From assembly GCA_030770535.1 (NCBI GenBank), contig JASVEC010000022.1:496001-560000 (forward strand): a DNA stretch of 64,000 nt, given 5' to 3'. The translations under genes and the position numbers were made by a program. The notes beneath the pieces are model-generated. The model was given only the letters and a program-made list of their open reading frames with translations. It did not search any database and had not been told where the DNA came from. The DNA is from Batkoa obscura (lineage: Eukaryota). Shown here one piece after another: positions 51,586 through 63,286 of this stretch; the stretch's first letter is position 1, and each line of letters opens with the position of its first letter.

Positions 51586-52904
51586 TTTAAAAATTATGTT
51601 TTTATTTGCACTGGATTTCAAAAATGTAATAAAAAAAAACTTTGTGAAAAAATTAAACAAATAAGTAAATTTTTTTAATAACTTCAATTAAAATCTTAAT
51701 GCTTTTAGATAAGAACTATAATGAAAGTCTTTTAAGTGATGTTATATATGTGATATGCAAAAACCCTATAAGTCTTGTTTATAAAGTTGCTTGGAAATTG
51801 GATATAATAATAGTGACTAAAAAATGGCTATCTAAAGTCAGTGATATAGTAATTTTATTTTTATAAATTTTATAAAATTTAACTATTTTTTTAGTCAAAT
51901 GTTGATAATCCATATGTAAATAAATAGATAATAAAAAAGGGGGATAGAATTCAAAACAAGGCATTGCTTGCAAAACCTACTGATATTGAAAATTCTACTA
52001 GTGAAAACATGGATGAAAGTAAAGTTGAATTAGCTGAATCAGCTAAAAAACCAGTAGAATTAAATATAAATAAAAAAGTTTCAAAGTTAGCTAAGGTCAA
52101 TACTAGTAAATTTATAATAAATAAATAAAACAATACTTATATTTAATAAGTTATGAGATTTTGGAAAAAGCTGTGAATATGATGTTAAACTCAATAGAAA
52201 TAAATAAGTTTTTTGATCTAAAACAAAAAGGCAACTATTTGAAAGAATGTTTATTACATTTTGGTCCTACAAGTTTGAACTTGCAATTTCAATATGAAAG
52301 ATTAGCCAAACTTATGAGCGCAGAGTGTACAACTCATTTTAAGCCTAAAAAGACTACCCACTTTGTATTATTTGCTCCATATAAAAGGAAGACATCTTAT
52401 GATTTAATGACTAAAAAGTTTGATGTTAAAGTAATTTCTTATGTCTGGCTTGTAGAATGTTATAGATAAGCTACCCACTTAAATGAAACAGACTATCCAG
52501 ATACATATGAATTCAACCCTCAAACCTATTCTTTATTACAACTTAATGAGCAGAAAATTACAAAGACCGGGTCTAATATGTTTGATGAATCAAACAATCG
52601 ATTAATAACAAAAGATCTCTTAAATGAAGATTTTAATGCTCAAAAAAAGCTTTAAGTGATTTGTTTGTCAAGTGATTACGCTCAAAGAACAGCCTCTGTG
52701 TTAAATTACCACACTGCAACAAGAATGGATGCATTAAATAACTGTACCAAAACGACCATGCTTGTTCCAAATATTAAGACTAATGATGAATATATTGTTC
52801 CAGAAAATAACCCAAGGTATACTGAAACTGTTGAAAAGCTCACAAACAACTTTATTAATAACCTCGAAACCATTATTGAAGACTATCATAGTGAAGAGTT
52901 ATAA
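51586..52904 (+). pseudogene. Tandem-BRCT (TopBP1/Rad4/Dpb11-like) pseudogene fragment
   Basis: BRCT1: FKNYVFICTGF...VIYVIC...YKVAWKLDIIIVTKKWL. BRCT2: TTHFVL...VKVISYVWLVECYR*ATHLNETDYP. In-frame stops TAG 51925, TAA 52467 and TAA 52653; the frame continues to 52904. Confidence 0.7.
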
Positions 52905-54678
52905 AAGAGTGATAACAAAAGAAAATGGAATGATTAAGTTAACCATATAGCTATAAAGGTAATTTCTAAGTTGAACAAAGGATAAAAATAGTATTGATAT
53001 TTGATAAATAAAACAACATATTGGTCGTAAAATTATGACTTTAAATATTGAATTTCATTTTTTTATTATATAGAATAAAAATCTTAAAAAATTAGAATAT
53101 ATTAATATACGTTGTTTTTTATTATTAAGAAATGTATTTGACAACTTGAATTATATTATATATCTCTTTTTTATACAACTTGAAATAAGTGTAGGATAAA
53201 CTTTAGCGAGGTTGTAAAAAGGCGTCCTTTTTGGCTTCCATTTTGTATTCAAAAATTAACCTTTTGATGTTTTCCTTCCACGTCATTTAGCCTTAATCCA
53301 AAGTCAAATAAGTTATAGTATTCCTAAGATTGTTTGAAATTTTAATTACTGGAATCATTAGTACAGACACCTAACAACCTTATCACAATAAAATAACAGC
53401 CATCCCTTACTTGATCAAAATCACTCATTTTAAATGACATATTATTTCCTTCTGAAAAGAGCCAACCTAAGGAAGGGAACGATTTAACGACCATCTTTGG
53501 AAAGTTTAGTAGCAAAGCTTTAGTAATAGTGTTTATAGTACGTCTATCTTCTTAAATTGGAATGATAATAAAAATAAAGAGCTTTAGCCTAAAAATACTT
53601 GACAATCTACCCTTAATATCTACCCTTAATATCTCCCCTATAAATTCAACTATCATAAATTTAATTCCCTGGCAAAACTGATAAAGTCTTACAACTATAC
53701 TTTGTATAATTTATTATGATTTATTTCATTGTTGAGTTCATTTAAGAAATGTTTTGACAAACAAGCACCGAGATAAGGTCCCATAAATTATTAAAGTTAG
53801 ACTATTTGTTATCAATAACTAAATGGTATCATGTTCGTGTAAGATATCAGTGATCAATAAGATAATTTTTTTGAGCAGGTAATGTGACTAAAAGCAATAA
53901 GATTAAAAACAAATCAATAAAGATGATTATTTGAGTTACCCAATATAATCTAAAAAGTGTAACAGCTCATCACTAACTTGGGAGCAATTCTGCTTTCTTT
54001 TATTTATTTTAAGCAATCTTTAAGGTTATCACTAACGTTGTTAGTATTGGGGTTTCTAACATATCTCAGAAGATAAGCCACCATAATAGTAAAGTTGGGG
54101 GTATTGAGATTGGACTATAATGTATGAAAATGTAAGCTAATCTTATTTTATTTGCCATTGCTTAAAAAAATAATTTAGCAGCCAAAAAATCATGTTTCAA
54201 GCTACTTCTACTCAAAGTATTAGTTGGTAAATCATTTGATCCTACTAGGAGTGCTTGACAGGAAGTAAAATGAGATCTGCTTTTGGCATTGGTAGGACAG
54301 AAGGGAATAGTAAACTGTATATCGTGGAATAACATTGTAGTTAAAGTAGAAGCCTCATTATTGGCAGTAATTTCTTCTAGAGTGTAGTGAGATCAAATAG
54401 GTGCTAAATTGACATTTAAATTAAACCCATATACTGTTAGTTCATTTTAGAACTTATTTGTAGCGATTAATTGTATAAATTTTATGTAATATATAGCTTG
54501 AATATCATACAAATTGAGTAGCCTATTTAAACTTTGATTCCTATTATTAACAACTTAAGATAATGACAATATACAAATATTAATTAAAGATTTAAAAATA
54601 GTAAATGAAAACAAAAACATATATTAAAATAATATTTATTAATGTACACGACAATATTTACATAACAGTAAAAAGAGA

Positions 54679-54993
54679 CTAAAGTTTATCACCAAGCCAA
54701 ATGGATGTTTTTTCCTTATTCATAATTCCATCTTCTGCTTTGGGTTCAATTTTAATATTTAAATCATTACGATTCAATGTTAACCAAGGCAATAAAGCAG
54801 CAAATTCATTCTTAGTACAGATCTGGATTCGAAACTCGCCATTATGACTGTTATTTAAATCATAAGCCCTAATATTATAAAACTCTTGTAATAACATTTC
54901 TCTTAATGTTTGTGCTTTTGATGCTTCAGTTTCATTTTTAAAATAAACATGAGCATCAAAGTAAGAAATGGGACCAGTAAAATCAGTAATCAT
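54679..54993 (-). CDS. DOPA 4,5-dioxygenase-family protein (copy 2)
   Basis: Protein identical to 44047..44361. Confidence 0.8.
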   Translation of the reverse strand: MITDFTGPISYFDAHVYFKNETEASKAQTLREMLLQEFYNIRAYDLNNSHNGEFRIQICTKNEFAALLPWLTLNRNDLNIKIEPKAEDGIMNKEKTSIWLGDKL

Positions 54994-55947
54994 ATTGAAT
55001 ATAGTTTGTTGATAGGTGTTAATTGATAAAGTGTTTATTTGAATTTGTTTTATAATATTTTAATTCAATCTTATACTCATTATATACTTTTTGATTTTTT
55101 CGGTGCATCTTAAATTACCCTTATAATGAAATCATTCATTTCCATTTTAGTTTTTCTATATATTACTTTATAAATTATATAAATTTAAGTGAAAATCATT
55201 TAATTTTATAAACCACCGAGTTTGAAACTAAAATTTTATATGTGATTATATAGATATATAAATATTACTTTAAAATATTACTGTAAAGATTACAATTATA
55301 TCATTATGTTACTTTTATAGTCTTATTTCAATATTAGCTTGTCACTATCAAAATCGGTTTAACATTTAACCAATTTACCCGTAGTATATGGCTTCTAAAA
55401 ACATATATTAATTATATAAGTGAAAATTATGTAATTCTTATTTTATTTTATCTATTTTAAACTATTTTTTGTAGTATTCTTACTTTATTATATTATTGGC
55501 GATAATATCTAAATTACTTTTATTATTTCTCCTAACAATGATAAAAATTAATCTAATATTCAAGCTTCTTATACCAATATTGATAAAATAAATAAAATCG
55601 TTTAGTTTAATCTGTTTGGTCATTAATATTTAAATAATTATTATTATGTTATATACATAATTCCTTTAAAAAGGTATACTTTACTACAAAAATAAATTAT
55701 TTAATCTATTAGTAAATTTGATATATTATAAAGTTAAAGTTTATAACTAAAATTTTAATAGAATCCCAATGCACTTGAAATTACTATTTTCATACAAATT
55801 ATGAGTATTTACTATTTTAAAAATACTTTATCAAATTCCGTCGTTGTTGAGTTTTGTTATATGTAAATGTATTAAATGCACTCTATTTTTTTATTCATTA
55901 ATACATTCGTAGTATAAGTTTTGAAATAATGTATTACATATTTAGTA

Positions 55948-56045
55948 TGGCTGTGTTTTTTTTGGCTTCATCCCTTTTTCCATCTTTTAAGCGCTATCTG
56001 AGTGGAGAAGTTAGTAAAATTCTTAAACACAAAAATACATCCTCA
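55948..56045 (-). mobile_element. ~100-bp MITE family, copy 6
   Basis: TA-tggctgtgttttt...aaaaatacatcctca-TA. Confidence 0.82.
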
Positions 56046-56366
56046 TATAAAGAATGGAAAGTATCTTGAAAAGCAGCATTTTTATATAGTAATTCTATAA
56101 CTCAATGGTTAATTCAATTATCGTTAATACATAATTTAAAATAATAGGAGAATATTATAAAATCCAAACTTGATTTAATAAATTAAATACTATATTCAAA
56201 TCACATTTTACATCATTATTTAATTTACTTTCACAATATTATACAATTAAAAAAGTTAATATTAAACCAATGAATAATAGTTTAAAAGCATAAAATATAT
56301 AATATATAAAATAAAGACAGTATTTATTAAATTACACAATAATATTTACATAACAGTAAAAAGAGA

Positions 56367-56681
56367 CTAAAGTTTATCACCAAGCCAAATGGATGTCTTT
56401 TCCTTATTCATAATTCCATCTTCTGCTTTGGGTTCAATTTTAATATTTAAATCATTACGATTCAATGTTAACCAAGGCAATAAAGCAGCAAATTCATTCT
56501 TAGTACAGATCTGGATTCGAAACTCGCCATTATGACTGTTATTTAAATCATAAGCCCTAATATTATAAAACTCTTGTAATAACATTTCTCTTAATGTTTG
56601 TGCTTTTGATGCTTCAGTTTCATTTTTAAAATAAACATGAGCATCAAAGTAAGAAATGGGACCAGTAAAATCAGTAATCAT
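56367..56681 (-). CDS. DOPA 4,5-dioxygenase-family protein (copy 3)
   Basis: Protein identical to copies 1 and 2. One synonymous AAA/AAG difference seen near the 3' end. Confidence 0.8.
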   Translation of the reverse strand: MITDFTGPISYFDAHVYFKNETEASKAQTLREMLLQEFYNIRAYDLNNSHNGEFRIQICTKNEFAALLPWLTLNRNDLNIKIEPKAEDGIMNKEKTSIWLGDKL

Positions 56682-57330
56682 ATTGAATATAGTTTGTTGA
56701 TAGGTGTTAATTGATAAAGTGTTTATTTGAATTTGTTTTATAATATTTTAATTCAATCTTATACTCATTATATACTTTTTGATTTTTTCGGTGCATCTTA
56801 AATCACTCTCATAGTGAAATCATTCATTTCCATTTTAGTTTTTCTATATATTACTTTATAAATTATATAAATTTAAGTGAAAATCATTTAATTTTATAAA
56901 CCACCGAGTTTGAAACTAAAATTTTATATGTGATTATATAGATATATAAATATTACTTTAAAATATTACTGTAAAGATTACAATTATATCATTATGTTAC
57001 TTTTATAGTCTTATTTTAGCATTGGTTTATCACTATCGATATAAGTGTAATATTTCAGTTATTTGTCCATAGAGTTGAAATTTTGAAATAGAAATATTAA
57101 TAATAAAAGTAATTGTTGTACAATTTTTTTTATACTAGTTTATTTAGTTTAAATTGTATCATAGAGTCAATTGATTTCATTGAGATATTAGTTTGAATAT
57201 TAGAGACTTTATTAAGTACTTTTTATACCAATATTAAATAATATTTATATTTTTATTGGAATGTTTTAGATTTTTATCATTGAAGAATGTAATATTGATT
57301 TTAAATAATATATATTAAAATAGGTATTAA

Positions 57331-57370
57331 TTATTTATTTTTATTTATTTTTATTTATTTTTATTTATTT
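57331..57370. repeat. Tandem repeat (TTATTTATTT)x4
   Basis: Read directly from the sequence. Confidence 0.8.
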
Positions 57371-57536
57371 TTATCATTGTTTTTACTATTTAAAAATAAA
57401 ACTATAAAATCTTCTATTTTCATTGATAAAATAAATAAAGGAGGACAGAATTGATAATTCAATGGGATTGAACTATTGAATATTAAAAAAGATAATCAAA
57501 CTTGAAATTTTTAAAAATTATAAACAATCAAGATTG

Positions 57537-59534
57537 ATGACTATTATTTATCTACTTAGGAAAAAGTGGAACATTCAAACTCAATTAATTAATTTTAATA
57601 GATGTATAAGCCTCAATAGAATACTATGGAATGAAGATATTGGAACGAATCTTGAATCGATTGCTATCAAATACAATAATAAGGATGTAAAAAGAAATGG
57701 GATACTCGAAAATATAAAGGAATTAAGGAATATCAATATAAATAATAAAATCAATATAACTCGAAATAAGCTCCATATAAACTATTTAATTGAACAAATA
57801 TATCAACATAAATCATTAATAACTTTAAATGAGATAGAATTATTATTAGAAAAAAGTCGACAGATCGATAATATTAAAAAAATATATCAATTAATTGATT
57901 TGAGTGATAATAATGGGATTCAATTAGATGAGATAATATATTTGAGATTAATCGAGCATTATAGGTTTAAAGATAATTACTTAACATCTTTTTTATTTTT
58001 ACATTATTTTAAACGAAATGAAAATAAGACAGAGAATATTCATTTATGGTTTTTAGAATATATTCAATATTTGGATCTAAAGGAGCAATATAAGTGTTTT
58101 GAAAAGTTTGAAAAGTTGATTAAAAAGAGTCAATATTCAACCGAAATTTATAAACTATTATTAAGGAATATGTATTCAAAATGGATTGTTTATAATGAGG
58201 ATAAAGGAAAAGAGGATGAGATTGAAGATGAAGATGAATTCAAGGTTAAAATAGAAGAAGAAGTTTTAGAAATTGAAAAAGAAATAGAAATAGAAATAGA
58301 ATTGGAAACGAAAGAAGAAGAGTCAAGACAATCAATAGAGATTCAAAATTATTTTATAAAAATCAAACAAGAATTAAAAGAGATTTATTATTCCGATATT
58401 GAATTATTCAATTTAATATTAAAAATTGAAATGAAATTCAATAAAAATAGTGAGTATTTTTATAATCAATTAATTAATTTAATCAATGAAAATAAAACAA
58501 TACCGAATAGTGAAACGTTTTCAGTTTTATCTTATTTATTTGCATATAATAAAGATAGTGAAAAAATACAACAATTATATTTAATAACAAAAAATTATCA
58601 AATTCAAAATAATCAACAATTATTTGATTTTACATTGAGAGGTTTTATTGATGGTCAATTTTATCAGCAAGCTAATTCCTTATTTTATAATAATATTGAA
58701 TTAATATTATTAAATAATGAAGATAAAAATCCATTAGTAATATTAAGTTTTATTCAATATTTAATTCAAATAAATCAAATAAATCAAGCTTGGGATTTAA
58801 TTTCAAAATATCAATTGAAATTTAATTCATTTTTAATTCATCATTTATTAGTCAATTTAACAGAGAAGAATGATTTTATAGGTATTTTGGAGTTTATAAA
58901 AGATATTATAAATAATAAGGAAGATAATGAGAATAATAATAAGTTGGGAATTAAAACTATAGAAATAATAATAAGTAAAGCATTTGGAAAAAAAGAGTAT
59001 TTATTTATATTAAATTTAAGAGATGAATTAATTAAATATAATGATTATAAAGTAAATAGTAAATTGTTATATTATTTTATTTATTCAGGTATAAAATTAA
59101 ATAATAGAAATCATCAAAATCAATATACAATTAAACCATTAATTAAAGAAGTAAGAAATTATTTAATAAATAAAGAAATAATAATCAAATGTAAAACAAT
59201 AATGAAATATGATTATAAATTATTTAATTTATTATTACAATTCGATTATATGGACTCAACTTATCAATATTTTAATTATTTAAAAAATCAATCTAAAAAT
59301 AAAAGAATTTTACTTAATTTATTATTAACAAAGAATAATAATTTTATTATAAAATTAGAAGGAATTAATTCAATATTAAATTTATTTCAATTTCATCAAT
59401 TAGAGTTTAATTTATTTACTTTAGTTTATTGTTTAAGATATTTTATATTAAAATTAAATCAAAAAAAAATTAATTATTATTTAATTTTAATTTTAAATTA
59501 CCAAGAGTTAAATAGAAAAGATTGTAATTTATTA

Positions 59535-59568
<34 letters not shown>

Positions 59569-60590
59569 TAGAAACGTTAGAAAATAGAGAGAATAATAAT
59601 ATTGTTAATATATTAGAAAATATAGATAAATATTCCAATAAAATTAATAACAATCCGCATTTCAATAGTAATAAATTCAAAAGATTATTAATTGAAGCTA
59701 TAATAATAAGTAAGGAAAAAGAAGAAATAATTGAATTTTATCATTCAATAAATAATATTGAAATTCAATATAATAGTAAAGTATTAGAGATAATTATAAA
59801 TAATTATTATTTAAAACAAGATATAAAATATCAACAAGAATTAAAACAACTCATAGTTCAATTATTGAATTTAGATAAATTTATTCATTTAAATATAAAT
59901 ACTTATTTTAATTTAATTCAATATTATTTATTTATAAAAGATGATAAATTCATTGCAGATAAATTTTATAATAAACTATTATTACAAATTCAATTATGTA
60001 ATAATCTCAATAATAATAATCAATTAAATGAAAAAATTATTATTAATGACACTTCAAAGATATTGACTTTATATTTAAAATATCACATAAAACAAGGAAA
60101 TGAATTACAAATTCAAAAACATATTCAACAATTAGAAAAAAAAGAATATTATCATTCAAGAAAAATTATTCAATTAATAATTAATTATTATCAAAATACA
60201 AACAAAATTTTATTATTAAATGAATTAATTTCCAATTTATTTTTAATGAATATAAAATATGATATAAATTTTTATAATTCAATTTTTAAATATTATTTAT
60301 TAAATTCAAATAGAATTTTATTTGATGTAATATTTCAATTATATGATTCTATATTATGGTTTAAAATTAATATTAATTTAAATACAGTTAAATTAATTAT
60401 TCAAATTTTATTGAAATATCAAAAATTAGATGAATTATATTCTTTTTTATATTCATTAAATGGTCATTTTTATTTATTCCCATCTCCAATTTGGTTCCAA
60501 ACTCAATTAAATATTGATAGCTCTTTAAATTTATCTTATTTAAATGATTATTATTTATCATTATATAATAAGAATCAAGAAATCAAATAA
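57537..60590 (+). CDS. Large N/I/L/K-rich helical-repeat protein, probably mitochondrial PPR-like
   Basis: 3-kb stop-free ORF in extremely AT-rich DNA. Basic presequence-like N-terminus and PPR-like segments (GIQLDEIIYLRLIEHY, IPNSETFSVLSYLFA, NIKYDINFYNSIFKYY, NININLNTVKLIIQILL-type). Confidence 0.6.
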
Positions 60591-60707
60591 ACAATTGAAT
60601 TTTTATATAATAATATTTAATAGCATTTCATTTTATATTTTATTTTATATTTTATTTTATAGAAACTATATATTGATCTTAAAAAAATTGATATATATAT
60701 TAATATA

Positions 60708-62405
60708 TTACATATTAAATGGCATATTCATATCCATTGGTCTACCAGAAGATAATTGAGGTACTTGAGTATATTTACCACGTAAGATATTACGAACTTC
60801 ATGAAGTAAAGTAAGAATGGACATACCATGAGGATTAGTTGTTAGTGCTTTAATCAATGCAAATGACATAGCACCTGTAGCCTGAGAAGCAATAACAGCA
60901 TCAGCCGAGGTTTGACTATCCATACAACTAAATTAAATTAAATTAATTAATCTATATTTATCAAACTTAATAATGAAAATTTACCCTGAAAACATGACTA
61001 CATCAGCTAAGGAGCCTCTAGTTTCTTTACTAATTTTATCCGCTTTTTTCCCACCAGTTAACTGAGAAACACCGCCTTTTAAACCCATTAAAGCACCTGC
61101 AATATCGCCCATCATATATTTTTTACCCAAATCCATAACTAAAGATTTTGCTGTTTTAGCTGGAGAATAAGATATCAATTTACCATCATGATTATAAACA
61201 TATGGTAAATCCAATGCCGTGCCCGAATGGCAACAATCCATAATAGCTGTTAATCTACATCCTTGAGGTAAAGGTCGAACCATAATAGCATTCATTTCAT
61301 CATCAATAATCATACCCGCTTTTGTATAATCCACTGGACATATAGTTTCATCATAGCCATCATCTTCATCACCATCTTGATCTTTTTGTTGACTGCCATG
61401 TCCTGAAAAATGAAAAAATAAAGAATCATTAGGTTGTGCTCCTTCAACTAACCATTTCATTGCTTGTAGCATATTTTGTCGAGTAGGCATTCGACTTGGA
61501 TTATTTTTTTGATCATCCGTCAAAATAACCATGTTATCCGTTGAAAATTGATAATATCTACATATAAAATCTTTGACATTTTTCACATCATTAATACATC
61601 CTCTTAACTCTGCTTTGGTTCCATGATAATTAATCCCTACTAATAATGCTTTCTTTCTACCCTGGAAATTAGAGGTAGCTACATATTGTCCTTGTCCATT
61701 AGGTAAGGGTTGATTTGGGGGTACATGTTGCATTGGAGGTGGTTGGTGAAACATTTGGTTATTTTGTGGTGAGGGTTGACTTGGTCCTTGGAAATGTTGT
61801 TGATTTCTATTATCATTGAAATTATTATTATTATTATAATAATTGTTATTATTATAATTATTATTTCGTTGATAAGGAGGTGGAGGTACTGGATTATTAT
61901 TATTATTCATATCCGGTTGTGGAAATGGGGCATTATTAGATCCTGAGAATGGAGAATTATTAGATCCTGGGAAAGGAGGGTTATTAGATCCCGGGAAAGG
62001 AGGGTTGTTAGATCCTGGGAAAGGAACACTATTAGGACCTGGGAACGGAGCATTATTTCCTCCCGGAAAAGGAAGGTTATTTCCTCCTGGAAAAGGAGGA
62101 TTATTAAAATTACCTCCAGGCATGGGAAAACCATCAGGTTGAGGCATACCCATTGGACTTGGAAAATTATTGTTGTTGTTACTATAATTACCGCCATAAT
62201 TATTTTGACCTTGGTTATAATTACTCTGCCCTGGGAATGGAGGATTCATAGCTGGAGAAGGTATTGGAGGTCCTGGAGGTCCTGGAGGCCCTGGAGGGAA
62301 ATTACTATTGTTATTATAATTATTATTGTTATAATTGTTATTGCCTTGACCAGGCATATTATTATTTTTATGATCTTGTCGATATTGTTGTCCAGGATAT
62401 GGCAT
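60708..62405 (-). CDS. MCA1: Type I metacaspase
   Basis: N/P/Q-rich prodomain, RKKALLVGINY, LRGCINDV, FSGHG (His), IMDCCHSG (Cys). Intron 60928-60984, then GCMDSQTSADA...QVPQLSS. Confidence 0.96.
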
Positions 62406-62938
62406 CTTTGTTGTTTATAAGTTAAAAAATGAAAATTTTGAAAATTTTGGTTTTTGTTACTTAAACGTCTTTCTTTATTCAGCGCCTTTTCCTTATTGGT
62501 TAACAAGGTTTGACTTTTTTAATTCAGCCTTCTTTTTAGAATTTAATTGGATTCCAAATTAGAACATCAACGTCAAAGCTATTATTAATCTCTATCAAAC
62601 GTAGAATCGAGTACTTTGATTTTGTAGTTGAAAATTTAATACAGCGATATTTTATATTTTTATATTCATAAAATACAAATTTCAAGTGCCCAGTTCTACA
62701 TTTAATAAATCTAGTAATATATGCTATTCCTAATAGTTCTTTAAAGATTTAAAAAAAACAGCTATTCTAAGTAATATAAACAAGTAAGGAACTATAGATA
62801 TTTATCTATGGGTAAGTTTAAAAGCTTGCTTAAAATTAAAGATAAAATCTTCCAATTCACTTTTTTTGGCCATTTTTATGTAACGTAAAATTTTAAAAAA
62901 GACTCTAAGGTAAAATCAGACAAAAAAACATTTCAGCA

Positions 62939-63039
62939 TGTCTGGATATCTTTTTTGTTAAGAATTTTACTAGCAGTTTTTCCGCTCAAATAGCACTTAA
63001 AAGATGGAAAAAGTGACGAAGCCAAAAAAAACACCCCCG
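62939..63039 (+). mobile_element. ~100-bp MITE family, copy 7 (left end degenerate)
   Basis: aagaattttactagcagtttttccgctcaaatagcacttaaaagatgg...aaaacacccccg-TA. Confidence 0.82.
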
Positions 63040-63186
63040 TATGTTAATCTAAAATTAAGCAAAAGCAAATATTTTTGTCACACTTAGTGCTTAATTGTAA
63101 CCTGCCAAAAATCAAAATTAGATAAGATTTGAACCAAGTTTTCAAACTAACTCATATATAATAACATTTCTATATCAAACATTAAC

Positions 63187-63286
63187 TGGGGATGTTTTTT
63201 TGGCTTCATCACTTTTTCCATCTTTTAAGTGCTATTTGAGCGGAAAAGCTGTTAGTAAAATTCTTAAACACAAAAATACATCCCCA
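63187..63286 (-). mobile_element. ~100-bp MITE family, copy 8
   Basis: tggggatgttttttt...aaaaatacatcccca; flanked by AC rather than TA. Confidence 0.85.

Noticed and set aside
52467..52655. Stop-codon reassignment (TAA=Gln) or A-to-I rescue explaining the in-frame stops
   Set aside because: Conserved genes here (RAD6, YET3, FKS1, the defensin-like genes) end at TAA. The stop-containing genes also carry other degenerative changes.
53200..54110. Moderately GC-enriched intergenic stretch, with a 13-bp tandem duplication near 53606 and a ~20-bp match to ~8856
   Set aside because: No recognisable ORF or termini; probably old repeat debris but not supportable.
45812..63286. CRISPR-like repeat array
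   Set aside because: The repeats are ~100 bp, dispersed, in both orientations and carry TIRs. This is eukaryotic DNA with no cas genes.
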